From the sequence record OQ834936: 64,000 nucleotides of DNA. One strand, 5' to 3'. Of the stretch, positions 8,893-18,750 are shown one piece after another (position 1 is the stretch's first letter; every line of letters begins with the position of its first letter). The notes beneath the pieces were generated by a model that was not told the DNA's origin, ran no database searches, and worked only from the letters and a program-made list of their open reading frames with translations. A program made the position numbers and the translations under genes. The stretch is from Shigella phage Henu12.

Positions 8893-9346
8893 ATTCTTTT
8901 CTCCACAAGTTTTGGTTATCTGAACCACGATATGGTTTGTTCGTTGGTTTAGAAGCATCATACTTACCATCAATCACTACGTCAACATATTTCATCACTT
9001 CTTTGTTAATTTTTTCATGAAGCTGAAATCCTGTCCACAGCCAGATAGTCTTGTCTGGATAGATAGACTTAACCTTCTGACAAATCTTGGTGACTTCCTC
9101 AATATTACGGTCATCAAGTGGTTCTCCACCAAGAATTGACAGACCACTTATAGAGTCATCTTCCAAGAGTCTTATAATGCCATAAAGGTTTGCATAAGTA
9201 AACTCTTTACCAGCATTAAACTTCCAAGATTCCTTGTTAAAACAACCTTCACAGTGATGTTTGCAGCCAGCTACAAAAAGACTGACACGAGCACCTTCAC
9301 CGTTCGCTGTATCGAATTTTCGTATTTCCATGTAGTTCATTAGCAC
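8855..9346 (-). CDS. nrdG: anaerobic ribonucleotide reductase activating protein (radical SAM)
   Basis: 163 aa; CKHHCEGC radical-SAM cysteine motif near the N-terminus; adjacent to nrdD. Confidence 0.8.
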   Translation of the reverse strand: MLMNYMEIRKFDTANGEGARVSLFVAGCKHHCEGCFNKESWKFNAGKEFTYANLYGIIRLLEDDSISGLSILGGEPLDDRNIEEVTKICQKVKSIYPDKTIWLWTGFQLHEKINKEVMKYVDVVIDGKYDASKPTNKPYRGSDNQNLWRKEYGWQGDCQWRTE

Positions 9347-9732
9347 ACCTCAACTTCAAAACTTACATGTTTTGTGACGTACTCTTCACAATGCTCTTTA
9401 ATAAATTCCTGAAGCAGTTCATCTTCCTGAGCACGAGTCATCAAAGCAACATACTTTGGATTTATTGTTTGCTGAATACTGTAGAAAGACATGTCACCAA
9501 TTTCTGTACCATATGAATCTGACCATGTTCCAGTTACTACTAAGACTTTATCACTCAACTCCGTAGGGAGTTCAATGTCATCATCCTTTGCGTCATCAAT
9601 AACAGAGTCAGTTATTAAAAGAGTACATGCTATGTAAAACTCTGAGTATTTTCTGTGAGTTTTCTCACAAGAGCCACACTCTAAAGCATAGTCTTTAAGC
9701 CAGTTCATTTGATTTTTATTTAATTTAGTCAT
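9340..9732 (-). CDS. hypothetical protein
   Basis: 130 aa acidic ORF. Confidence 0.45.
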   Translation of the reverse strand: MTKLNKNQMNWLKDYALECGSCEKTHRKYSEFYIACTLLITDSVIDDAKDDDIELPTELSDKVLVVTGTWSDSYGTEIGDMSFYSIQQTINPKYVALMTRAQEDELLQEFIKEHCEEYVTKHVSFEVEVC

Positions 9733-9828
9733 TTCTCTTTCCTTTCAATGTGTTGTATAAAAGCCCTAACAAGAAACCTAGTAAGACAGAGCCTACTAAG
9801 GTGACTAACAAGAATGTCTTAATCATCA

Positions 9829-10113
9829 TCAATACCACCATATTGTTTGGTTGTTATCACAAACATACAGGTACTCTGTCCCGATTTGTGGGACGATGAT
9901 TGTAGTGTTGCCTGATATGACTGTCATATAGTATATGTATTCCCTGCTTTGTGATGTTTGCTGACAATTGTTTGCATTCATCCAAATTCTTGTTTGATAA
10001 GTGTCATATATTAGTAACCCTACTAGTATTGCTAATGCAATTCCAAGGAACCATAACCAGAATTTAGGCCAAAAGTCATAACTCATACTGTGACCTCTTG
10101 ATAAACTTTCCAA
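9829..10113 (-). CDS. hypothetical membrane protein
   Basis: 94 aa with hydrophobic segment FWLWFLGIALAILVGLLIY. Confidence 0.4.
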   Translation of the reverse strand: MESLSRGHSMSYDFWPKFWLWFLGIALAILVGLLIYDTYQTRIWMNANNCQQTSQSREYIYYMTVISGNTTIIVPQIGTEYLYVCDNNQTIWWY

Positions 10114-10265
10114 ACATTCTTTGTAAACTCTTCATCGTACCAAACACCGTTAGCAGCTTGCCAAGACACAGTGTATTTGTCTTCAGACACATGCTTGAGA
10201 ACAGCCTCAAAAGTTCGATTAGATTTTCCTGCAACGAAAAGATAGACCTTACCAATTTCCAGCAT
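10083..10265 (-). CDS. hypothetical small protein
   Basis: 60 aa ORF; a competing overlapping frame exists. Confidence 0.3.
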   Translation of the reverse strand: MLEIGKVYLFVAGKSNRTFEAVLKHVSEDKYTVSWQAANGVWYDEEFTKNVWKVYQEVTV

Positions 10266-10329
10266 TGTGGTATCTTCAATAAAAAAGGTGATGCAAGCCT
10301 ATCAAGACCTACACCACCTTGTCAACTAC

Positions 10330-12471
10330 TTACATAGATTTTCTATCCTGAATCTCAGCAATTTTTGCATCGTTCATTCTGGAAGTGCCTTTAATCTTAG
10401 TCCAGCCAAGATAACCACAAACACGGTTAATCACAGAGATATCATGTGAGTTGCACTTAGGACATAATTCAACATCTGCACTTGGACGGTGACCACAATT
10501 TTCACAGATTGCTAAATCAAAGTTAACACCTTGGTAGAAACCTTTACCCATACCTCTTGTCACACAAGCTCTGATAGCTTTATGGTTCTCTGGGTTAGCA
10601 ATACGAACATATTGGATATGACCACCATTACAAGAGTGGAAGAAAGGTTCTTCTAGGTCTTGCTTTTCAAATGGTGTAATATCTGCACCAACATTCATAT
10701 GGAAGCTGTTTGTGAAGTATTCTTTATCAGAAACACCTTTAACAACCCCGAACATATTTCTAAACTGCTTCAATTGCGTACCACAAAGACTCTCAGCAGG
10801 TGTACCATAAAGTGCATACAGGAAGCCGTCTTCCTGCTTAAACTGCTCCAGCTTGCTATTCAGATAGCTTAAAACCTTGCTTGCAATATCACCATCAGAC
10901 TCATGCAATCTTCTACCTTGAGCAAGCACTGTTAATTCATCTAATGCGGTCACACCAAAAGATGCTGTAAAAGACTTAACAGTGTCCCAACCAATCTTAT
11001 CAGTTGGCTTCTTATGACCTTTATACAATCCACCTTGTGTAAATGCTAAAGGGTTAGAACTTGCTGGCATATTAGCAATCATCTCATAACGCTTCTTATG
11101 GAAGCTTCGAATCATTTCAAGGTATTTGTCAAGCTCTTTCCAGAAGTCTAAATCATTCTCTTCAGAGTACTTGTAAATCATCGGCAGATTAAGAGATACT
11201 GCACCAATGTTTGCTCTACCTGTGTAGAACTCTTTACCTTCCTCATCATAGTAAGGAGATAAGAAAGCCCTACAACCCATTGGAGAGATAACTGCACCTG
11301 AACGTTCAAAAGCTTCTGCAACAGAACCATGACCAGACACACTTAAGAAGTCTGGATACATAGCTTTAGAGCAACACTCAATAGCCTTATCATAAAGCTG
11401 CCCCTGCCAAGGGTCTAACATATGTCTTGTTTCATCATAGATATAAACCAGTTTAGGGAACACAACAGGCTTCTTAGATTTACCTTGACCATTCATCCTA
11501 ACATCTAGAATAGTCTTAGCAACCATAAATTGCAAACGGTTATCTTCACTAGCCATGTCTGGTTCAAGTAAACCAAATGTTAATGTTGTGAATGCAAAGT
11601 CACCACGACTGCAAGGAACAGTGTTCAGTTTCATTTCCAAAGATTGGAATCCTTGAGTTAGTTCAATCTGGAGTTGCTCTTTAGCGTAGTGGTATACTTC
11701 CTTGCTTGGAATATTATATTGCTTTGCTTTTTCCAGATGATACTCAAAAGACTTCTTAGCATATGGCACAAGAACCTTGTCAATCTCTGGGATGGTGAAT
11801 CCTCCAAACTGCTGTGCAGTTGCTGAAAGTACAACATCACCGATAACCTGTAAAGCTGAGAGTACAGACTTAGGTTCACAGTACTCAATGCCGGACATTT
11901 CAAAGCCACCTTTCAGGACACTTCCAATGTCAAACAAGCAGCAGTTAATACCCCCGAAGATTAAATCTCTTAAGTCATGGATATAAATAAATCCATCCTC
12001 AATAGCTCTTGTTTCTTCTGGTGTTAAGTGGTACTGCTTAAAGATTTCTTTTGTCAGATACCCACGAATGATTGAACCTTTTGTAGAGATTAAGCTGCTG
12101 TCAAAGTTAGCATTCTCACGGTCACCTAAGAAGAGTGTGTCTTTAGTTTTCTGGTAAAGTTCATCCCAATTCTGTGCAACCTCTTTACGATAGTTTCTGT
12201 AGGTTGAGTATGACTCATAGATTTCATGGTTTACCTCTGCCAGAGTTCCCTCTACAATACTGTGAACATCATCTACAGAGATGAGCATAGCATTCTGATT
12301 AGTTGCTCTGACAAGCAATCTCATAAAGGCTGATTCAAGAGCGTGAATAACTTCTAGTGGTAACTCTTTGTAGCCAACTCTATTAGCTGACTTGGTAACT
12401 GCTTCGACGATTTTATTTACATTTGGTTTTTCCAGTGAACCGTCTTTCTTAATAATTTGTACTTTAACCAT
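10330..12471 (-). CDS. nrdD: anaerobic ribonucleoside-triphosphate reductase (class III)
   Basis: Start set at MVKVQ (GGAG RBS); N-terminal ATP-cone; C-terminal Zn-ribbon cysteines and glycyl-radical motif RVCGYLG. Confidence 0.85.
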   Translation of the reverse strand: MVKVQIIKKDGSLEKPNVNKIVEAVTKSANRVGYKELPLEVIHALESAFMRLLVRATNQNAMLISVDDVHSIVEGTLAEVNHEIYESYSTYRNYRKEVAQNWDELYQKTKDTLFLGDRENANFDSSLISTKGSIIRGYLTKEIFKQYHLTPEETRAIEDGFIYIHDLRDLIFGGINCCLFDIGSVLKGGFEMSGIEYCEPKSVLSALQVIGDVVLSATAQQFGGFTIPEIDKVLVPYAKKSFEYHLEKAKQYNIPSKEVYHYAKEQLQIELTQGFQSLEMKLNTVPCSRGDFAFTTLTFGLLEPDMASEDNRLQFMVAKTILDVRMNGQGKSKKPVVFPKLVYIYDETRHMLDPWQGQLYDKAIECCSKAMYPDFLSVSGHGSVAEAFERSGAVISPMGCRAFLSPYYDEEGKEFYTGRANIGAVSLNLPMIYKYSEENDLDFWKELDKYLEMIRSFHKKRYEMIANMPASSNPLAFTQGGLYKGHKKPTDKIGWDTVKSFTASFGVTALDELTVLAQGRRLHESDGDIASKVLSYLNSKLEQFKQEDGFLYALYGTPAESLCGTQLKQFRNMFGVVKGVSDKEYFTNSFHMNVGADITPFEKQDLEEPFFHSCNGGHIQYVRIANPENHKAIRACVTRGMGKGFYQGVNFDLAICENCGHRPSADVELCPKCNSHDISVINRVCGYLGWTKIKGTSRMNDAKIAEIQDRKSM

Positions 12472-12484
12472 TCTGACTCCTAAT

Positions 12485-12508
12485 GCAAAAAAGGTCTCCG
12501 AAGAGACC
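12485..12508 (-). terminator. intrinsic terminator (GGUCUC-UUCG-GAGACC plus U-tract)
   Basis: 6-bp inverted repeat at 12493-12508 with tetraloop and T-run on the minus strand, upstream of the nrdD RBS. Confidence 0.6.
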
Positions 12509-12520
12509 CTTATATTAATT

Positions 12521-12721
12521 CTACTTAGAAAACTTTTCAATAAGCTTTTTAAGCTTTCCGCTCAAATCATGTTTGATATCTAATATCTCAAAGATAACCC
12601 ATACTAACATAGCTCCAAACAGAGCACCTTGTTTTAAATCAGTAAATAGGCTAGTAACCATGAATGCCAGAGCAATCATCGGAGCATCTTCAACAAAACC
12701 ATCCCATAAACGTTTAAGCAT
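12521..12721 (-). CDS. hypothetical small hydrophobic protein
   Basis: 66 aa with hydrophobic core. Confidence 0.35.
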   Translation of the reverse strand: MLKRLWDGFVEDAPMIALAFMVTSLFTDLKQGALFGAMLVWVIFEILDIKHDLSGKLKKLIEKFSK

Positions 12722-12956
12722 TATTCACCTCTGCCATAAAGTTTTGTAGTGTTCCAACAGGTTTCATTTCATTATCTTCAACCTTCATAATGAAAGGCAT
12801 CTGACGAACAGGTATCTTTGCAATATCCATCAGGTCACTTAGCTCATAATCTTTCCCAAGCATTCTAACAACATGGTCTAAGCCACGAGCCTGAGCAAAG
12901 TTCTTAGCAGTCACACACTGTGGGCATCCATCTTTTGAGTAAATTACATAAGTCAT
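12714..12956 (-). CDS. glutaredoxin-like protein (NrdH/NrdC-type RNR redoxin)
   Basis: 80 aa with CPQC active-site motif near the N-terminus; sits between nrdB and nrdD. Confidence 0.7.
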   Translation of the reverse strand: MTYVIYSKDGCPQCVTAKNFAQARGLDHVVRMLGKDYELSDLMDIAKIPVRQMPFIMKVEDNEMKPVGTLQNFMAEVNNA

Positions 12957-14029
12957 TAAGGAACCTCTAAAAATCCTGAATTTAAATCATCAACAACAGT
13001 ATTCAAAAGATACGCACCATTTTGTTGTTCTTGGTTAGCGTTTTGCTCTTTATCAATTTCCATCTTCTTAATCATATATTTCAAAGGTGGTTCTTTAGGA
13101 GCTACGAAGTCTCTTGGAATACCAAACATATCATACAATGGAGCAGCGTTGTAGTAAACCCATTCGTGAAGAAGTTTTGTATTTAAACCTACAACAGCAC
13201 GTCCTTCAGAGAAAATATAATAAGACCATTTCTCTTCACTTTCAACTACCTCATCCAGAATTACTTTAATTTCTGGGAGTACTTGACGGAAAGCTTCTTG
13301 CCACTCTTCATCTTTCAAAGTTTCTTTTAATGCTTCGATATCAATCTTTGTGTGAATGATTTCGTCAAGCATAATTTTCTGTACTGCTTGTGCAATCCCT
13401 TGGAACTTATCTTGTGCATCAAGTGCAAAGGTACATGCAAAGGATGCCATGAAGGAAATACCCTCAAGTGCTGTTACTGCAAAGAGACCTTTTAAGATTA
13501 CTTTGTGGAAGTGTAAAGGGTCTTTCTCCATTAGCTCTTGACGAACATATCTTAAACGATAGTTAATACCTTCGTCAAGAAGTTCTGCCAGTGCTCTGTT
13601 CACAGTCTTCAATCTGTCCTGAACAGCAGCGTTCTGGTTAATCTCATCAAGGATTGTTTCAGGGTTCTTGATACACTGACGAACAATCTCTGAATAAGTT
13701 AGTGCATGAAGGTTCTCAATTTCTGATTGCTTCATGATAGCAGTTGCATAGATATCATCAGAGATGAATGGTGCAAATGCAAAAGCTAAACTCTTAGCAA
13801 CCTGTGTATCTGCTTCCCATTGCCATTTCAGAATCTCAAGCATTACACCAGACATTGATTGAGGGACACTCTCAAAGTCTAAACGTGACTGTTCAAATGG
13901 GAACTCATCTTCAGACCAGTCTTGTGCTTTCTGCTGCTTATACAGTTCAAAGATTTTTGGATAGTGTTTATTCAGTGAGTCGAAAGTTTTTCGTTCACCG
14001 CCTAAGAAAATTGGATGTGGATTAATCAT
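12956..14029 (-). CDS. nrdB: ribonucleotide reductase class I beta subunit
   Basis: 357 aa, length and diiron-carboxylate-type content, immediately downstream of nrdA. Confidence 0.85.
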   Translation of the reverse strand: MINPHPIFLGGERKTFDSLNKHYPKIFELYKQQKAQDWSEDEFPFEQSRLDFESVPQSMSGVMLEILKWQWEADTQVAKSLAFAFAPFISDDIYATAIMKQSEIENLHALTYSEIVRQCIKNPETILDEINQNAAVQDRLKTVNRALAELLDEGINYRLRYVRQELMEKDPLHFHKVILKGLFAVTALEGISFMASFACTFALDAQDKFQGIAQAVQKIMLDEIIHTKIDIEALKETLKDEEWQEAFRQVLPEIKVILDEVVESEEKWSYYIFSEGRAVVGLNTKLLHEWVYYNAAPLYDMFGIPRDFVAPKEPPLKYMIKKMEIDKEQNANQEQQNGAYLLNTVVDDLNSGFLEVP

Positions 14030-14409
14030 TCTGGTAAGATTCCTGTATCTAGAAAGTTTCTGGCTTCAGTTGTTGTCATAACAACCCATTTGTCCTTGTT
14101 GAACATATCAAGTGGTCTTGCATATGTTTGCTTTGGATTAAAACAATCAACATATCGTATATGTTCTTTCCAAGAACCATCTGGCATCTTAACTTTTAAG
14201 TCTAAGTCTGCAATATAATACAAAGACCGTCTTGGAATATAAAATAAATATAGTGAGTTATCTTTGCTACGTATTCTCGCATTGCGAATTAAATCTAGCA
14301 TACCTTTCTCCAAGTTAATTTTAGAGGGTCTTTTACGACCCTCATAGTTATTCAAACTAAACGCCACAACCCTCACAGTAGGCATCTTGTAGTGCTGATT
14401 TACCAACAC
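14026..14409 (-). CDS. hypothetical protein between nrdA and nrdB
   Basis: 127 aa basic ORF overlapping the nrdA 3' end; start uncertain. Confidence 0.35.
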   Translation of the reverse strand: MLVNQHYKMPTVRVVAFSLNNYEGRKRPSKINLEKGMLDLIRNARIRSKDNSLYLFYIPRRSLYYIADLDLKVKMPDGSWKEHIRYVDCFNPKQTYARPLDMFNKDKWVVMTTTEARNFLDTGILPE

Positions 14410-16591
14410 CGATACGACTGTTAAGGTAGTACATAGTTTTCAAACCAACAAGGTTTGCATAAATCATGTACTTCAAAGCTTGCTCTAATGATACCTTCTT
14501 AGACTTCGAGTAGTCAACATAGAAATCTGAAGAGATAGCTTGACCAGTGAATTTTTGAACAATTGCATAGCAATCAATCATATCAAATGTGTCAATACCC
14601 CAAGCAATTTCATATACATACTTCAACTCTTCATAATCAGGTACAATAAACAGAACGTTACCAGTTGCAGACTTCTTAGTTAAGATGAAGTCACGAATAG
14701 GGTACAGACCGTTTGTTGTGTTAGTTGCCAGAGAAGAACTCTCATTAGGCATGTAAGCCTCTAACACAGAGTTACGGATTCCTCCATTTTCTTTGATTCG
14801 CTGTGACAGGTCGTCCCAATCATAACGAAGTTTTGCATCGTGCTTTTCATCAATTTTCTTGTTAGCAGTCTTAGGTGGAACCCAACCATCAGGGTACTTA
14901 GTAAACTGCATGTACTCTGGTACACCACGCTCTTTTGCGAGTCTTAAAGATGCTTCATGCAAGAAGTAAGAGTGCATCTCAGCCAACTCATGAAGTTTAG
15001 TTTTACCAGCCCTTGATGAGTAGTTCACATAGTTCTTCGCAAGGTAGTGAGCCACATTAGTAAGGCCAATACCAACAGAACGACGCTTCTGAACATGGTT
15101 ACGCATCGACGGATACGGATAATCCATAAGGTCAATAACGGAGTCAACCATTGCCAGAGCATAATAAGCAACGTCAGCGTATTCATCTTCTGAGATTCTC
15201 CCTGCAACCAAACTAGCTAGGAAGCAAAGAGCAACTTCACCGTCTTCTTTCTTGGCTGTGTAGCTATACAGGTCTCTTTCATCCTCAAAACCGTGAACTG
15301 GTAAGACAATCTCCATACACAGGTTTGACATTTTCAAAGGCTCTTTGAAAGGTGTATGATAGTTTGCGTTGTTAGTAAAGAACGGGTAAACACGTCCTGT
15401 AGCATAACGTTGTTGAATAAACAACTTGGCAACTTCACGAGCCTTTACACGTTTATGTTTAACACCTGTATGAACTGCGTGACCTACTGCCATAGCAAAT
15501 TCATCAGCACTTGCTGTGTAGAACATGTCATACAGTCTTGGTGCATCTTTGTAAGAGAATAGCAACCAATCTGTATCGTACTGTACACATTGCCAGAAGT
15601 AATCATTTGCACCAAATGAGTAATCCATTTCATTAATACGCTTTGCAGGAACCGTTGTAGGGTGCTTCAAGCGTAGCAAATCCTCAATCTGTGGGTCTAA
15701 TGCAGTGAAGAAGTTATTAGCTGAACCACCACGACTCTTCTGCTTATTAGCCTCTACAGCAGCACGTACAAGCTTATAATAAGGGAGTTTTCCCATATGC
15801 TCAATAGTGTTTTGTCGGATTCCATCACCAATTGTTCTGGTCTCCATCAGCATACCAATACCTGCTTGCTTAGTGGTCATGTCATAAGCTACTTTTGTAG
15901 CAATGCCAAGAGATTCAGCAGTATCATTTGCTTTAATTAGGCAGCAAGAAGCATAGCCAGATTTTGTAGCTCTCAGACCGTTCAGGTACGGTGTAGGAGC
16001 ATTAATCTTCAGGTCAGATAGATATGTGTAGAGCTTAATAACATCATCTAAACGACGCTGTTTAGGCTGTCTTTCAAAGGCTTTCATAGCCATACCCATG
16101 AACATAAACTGTGGAGACTCAAACAGTTTACCACTTTTAATATCACGAATGCCGTATTTATCACGGAACTGTTTCAGTACTGCATAACCGTATGAGATAT
16201 CTTTTGAGTGAACGATGTGACCTTGTAAATAGTCAATTTCTTCAGGTGTATAATCCATGTGCTCCCAAAGTCCCATCTGTTCCATCTTCATCACGAATGG
16301 AAGTAGCTGAGGAACCTTTGTAAATCCACCAAAAGCTTCTTTGTAGATAATGCCAAGAAGTAGTCTCCCAGCCATATCAGAGTACTCTTGAGTTTGTTTA
16401 TCAATACAAACGTCAATCATAGCTTGGTGCATTTCTTTTGTTGTGCAACCTTCATAGACACGCTTCATAGCTTCCATTACAACCTCTGACCAGATAATTC
16501 CTCTCTTGTCAGCCCATGAAGCCCATTTATTTAAACGTTCTGGTTCGAATGGTACGATTGTACCGTCTGATTTGCGAATAGTAGTAATCAT
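14357..16591 (-). CDS. nrdA: ribonucleotide reductase class Ia alpha subunit
   Basis: 744 aa; N-terminal ATP-cone (VIKRDGTIVPF-type); C-terminal CEGC redox pair. Confidence 0.9.
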   Translation of the reverse strand: MITTIRKSDGTIVPFEPERLNKWASWADKRGIIWSEVVMEAMKRVYEGCTTKEMHQAMIDVCIDKQTQEYSDMAGRLLLGIIYKEAFGGFTKVPQLLPFVMKMEQMGLWEHMDYTPEEIDYLQGHIVHSKDISYGYAVLKQFRDKYGIRDIKSGKLFESPQFMFMGMAMKAFERQPKQRRLDDVIKLYTYLSDLKINAPTPYLNGLRATKSGYASCCLIKANDTAESLGIATKVAYDMTTKQAGIGMLMETRTIGDGIRQNTIEHMGKLPYYKLVRAAVEANKQKSRGGSANNFFTALDPQIEDLLRLKHPTTVPAKRINEMDYSFGANDYFWQCVQYDTDWLLFSYKDAPRLYDMFYTASADEFAMAVGHAVHTGVKHKRVKAREVAKLFIQQRYATGRVYPFFTNNANYHTPFKEPLKMSNLCMEIVLPVHGFEDERDLYSYTAKKEDGEVALCFLASLVAGRISEDEYADVAYYALAMVDSVIDLMDYPYPSMRNHVQKRRSVGIGLTNVAHYLAKNYVNYSSRAGKTKLHELAEMHSYFLHEASLRLAKERGVPEYMQFTKYPDGWVPPKTANKKIDEKHDAKLRYDWDDLSQRIKENGGIRNSVLEAYMPNESSSLATNTTNGLYPIRDFILTKKSATGNVLFIVPDYEELKYVYEIAWGIDTFDMIDCYAIVQKFTGQAISSDFYVDYSKSKKVSLEQALKYMIYANLVGLKTMYYLNSRIGVGKSALQDAYCEGCGV

Positions 16592-16608
16592 TATATTAAA
16601 TCCTACAG

Positions 16609-16634
16609 GTGAAAAAGGGTCTCCGAAGAGACCC
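16609..16634 (-). terminator. intrinsic terminator (GGGUCUC-UUCG-GAGACCC plus U-tract)
   Basis: 7-bp inverted repeat at 16617-16634 with tetraloop, T-run on the minus strand. Confidence 0.6.
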
Positions 16635-16642
16635 CTTAGAGA

Positions 16643-16978
16643 TTAAATGCTAAAAATCTTTTTACTTACCCAGAGTTCAACGAACTTCTGTGATACTTTT
16701 GTCAGTGAACCTTTAGACATTGCATTCATGTACCAGTAACGTTTACCTTCATCGAATGCCATGTCAAGTTTTTCACTAACATCATCTTCAAGTCGTGCAA
16801 TTGAGAAGTTGCCACGTACTTTGCAGACAACACGACCAAATTTGATATCACTGCGACCTTTGCAATCTTCAGTGTACATTACAAAGTCACCATGACGGAG
16901 TGTCTCACCAAACTTATCAGTGCCTAATTCTTCGCCAGATTTAATTTCTTCTTTAGTTAACTTTTTAGCTTTAGACAT
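16643..16978 (-). CDS. hypothetical protein
   Basis: 111 aa ORF. Confidence 0.45.
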   Translation of the reverse strand: MSKAKKLTKEEIKSGEELGTDKFGETLRHGDFVMYTEDCKGRSDIKFGRVVCKVRGNFSIARLEDDVSEKLDMAFDEGKRYWYMNAMSKGSLTKVSQKFVELWVSKKIFSI

Positions 16979-17297
16979 GGTATCTATCCAAGTTTCGTTT
17001 CAAGTAAATCCACTGGTCATCTGTGCGCTCTACACCCATGAACAGGGGGGCTACAACAACTTTACCAAAAGTATTTCTGTGCTGGCAAATCTCGTAAGAG
17101 TACGGTTTATCAATATTCAGCCCATACTTATACAACACTGCTGCTAATACTTGTTCATTATCCAGAATCGTTTCTGGCTTCTCTCCGTACTTGTCTAACA
17201 GTGAATCATTCATAAACACTGTCATAGAGAGGTTGTAGTTGGAGAAGTGGCTTTTTGCCACCACTTCTTCACCTTTATTAATGTTCTGTGAATCCAT
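16971..17297 (-). CDS. hypothetical protein
   Basis: 108 aa ORF. Confidence 0.45.
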   Translation of the reverse strand: MDSQNINKGEEVVAKSHFSNYNLSMTVFMNDSLLDKYGEKPETILDNEQVLAAVLYKYGLNIDKPYSYEICQHRNTFGKVVVAPLFMGVERTDDQWIYLKRNLDRYHV

Positions 17298-18033
17298 TAT
17301 AACCGACTCCTTTCAACCACTGCTTGAGGTTGATTGCATCATAATTCAATTTCGGATATGAGGTTACATGGAACTTCTCACCATCATAGTACACAATATC
17401 CGCAAGCCATAATCCATTCTCACGGCAGAAATCTTTATCTGCTTTTGAAGAGATTGGTTCAACTTTAGAAAAGTTTTTAATGCCAAGACTACCAAGACTT
17501 CCAATCAGTCCTTGGCAGATAACGCATGTGTCAGATGTTACCACAAATAATTCTTTTGCGTCAACTTCTGCAATAAAACTTTCAAGTTGAACTTTTGGAA
17601 GATTAGACTGTTTCATAATCTTACCATCAGACTTGCGAATAATTGCAAACCACTCTTTACCTTCAATAATTGATTGACGCAGGTAACATTCATCACCAGT
17701 ACGTTTTTCAATATCAAACATTCGCTGTACAGCTTCTTGATAGTCGTCTGTGTATTTGAGGTTGTTGTTTTCACAAACAGCCTTAATAGCACCATCATGG
17801 TCATGCTGTGTCAGGAAAATTAAACCGTCAAGTACATACTGCAAATCAGCTTGAGCATCAAGGGTCTCAACAGGGTCTTTGGCTTCTACTGCTGCGACTA
17901 ACTCTCTAGCTTCTTCAAGCATACACAGGGATTGACTTTTCAGTGATTCCCAATACTCTGTGCTGTATGGCTCTTTTGGATTATTGCCACAACGTAGATT
18001 CCAATCTCTTACGGATTCTCTGGAATTAAACAT
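17278..18033 (-). CDS. MazG-like nucleoside triphosphate pyrophosphohydrolase domain protein with extra C-terminal domain
   Basis: 251 aa; N-terminal LEEARELVAAVEAKD resembles the all-alpha NTP-PPase EExxE motif; the C-terminal half is unassigned. Confidence 0.45.
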   Translation of the reverse strand: MFNSRESVRDWNLRCGNNPKEPYSTEYWESLKSQSLCMLEEARELVAAVEAKDPVETLDAQADLQYVLDGLIFLTQHDHDGAIKAVCENNNLKYTDDYQEAVQRMFDIEKRTGDECYLRQSIIEGKEWFAIIRKSDGKIMKQSNLPKVQLESFIAEVDAKELFVVTSDTCVICQGLIGSLGSLGIKNFSKVEPISSKADKDFCRENGLWLADIVYYDGEKFHVTSYPKLNYDAINLKQWLKGVGYNGFTEH

Positions 18034-18263
18034 TAAGCCTCCTTATCTTCAAACAACTTTTGTTGAGACTCAATATAGTCCATTCGTTCTTTGAGTTCAA
18101 CACGTTTGCTTAACAGATGTTGAATTTGTGATTCCAGAGCATCCATCTCAGCTTCTGTAGCTGACTTAGCTTTATTGATAGTCTCCTTCAGTGCTGCTAC
18201 GCCGCTCTGGATTTTAGAAACATGGTCATTTTTGATTTTATTAAACATTTTAAACTCTCTCAT
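18033..18263 (-). CDS. hypothetical coiled-coil protein
   Basis: 76 aa, heptad-like charged pattern. Confidence 0.4.
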   Translation of the reverse strand: MREFKMFNKIKNDHVSKIQSGVAALKETINKAKSATEAEMDALESQIQHLLSKRVELKERMDYIESQQKLFEDKEA

Positions 18264-18750
18264 TAAGTTTCATGATTTTAGTGATTCTCTTCTCAGCTTC
18301 ATCATAAGTCTCTTTTGTAAGAAACTTGATTGCTGCAATGTTTGCATTGTAGAAGAGTCGAAGCTTAGAGTCAATCCTTTTTGTCATGACGTCAAACTTA
18401 TGTTGTAGGTTAGCTTCGCCGTAAACTAAGCCACCTCGCGTATAGTAAGTCTGGATAATGTAGAAGTCAAATTCTTTTTCACCAAATGCTTCAATATCTT
18501 TCTTGATGTACTCAGAAGAAGTTTGGTAGACCATCCAATCACTTTCTTTTGTCACTACTTTACGTCTGGTCTTTCCAGCAACCTTCTTCTTAGTGATACT
18601 GTTAAACTGCTTTTTACCCAAATAATATTGACCAGTCTTTTTACAGTATACTAAGTAGACAAATCCGAAGTACTTAGCGGGGTCAATCTCCCCGCATAGT
18701 GAAATCCAGTGACCATAAGTAGGGCAATTGCCAAAACCTTTAATCTTCAT
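18250..18750 (-). CDS. GIY-YIG domain nuclease (seg/EndoII-like)
   Basis: 166 aa; GFVYLVYCKKTGQYYLGKK fits the GIY-(x9-11)-YIG pattern. Confidence 0.45.
   Translation of the reverse strand: MKIKGFGNCPTYGHWISLCGEIDPAKYFGFVYLVYCKKTGQYYLGKKQFNSITKKKVAGKTRRKVVTKESDWMVYQTSSEYIKKDIEAFGEKEFDFYIIQTYYTRGGLVYGEANLQHKFDVMTKRIDSKLRLFYNANIAAIKFLTKETYDEAEKRITKIMKLNERV

Noticed and set aside
8572-8973. Full-length 133-aa version of the ORF downstream of nrdG
   Set aside because: It would overlap nrdG by about 120 nt; an internal ATG with a GGAG RBS (8892) gives a more plausible start.
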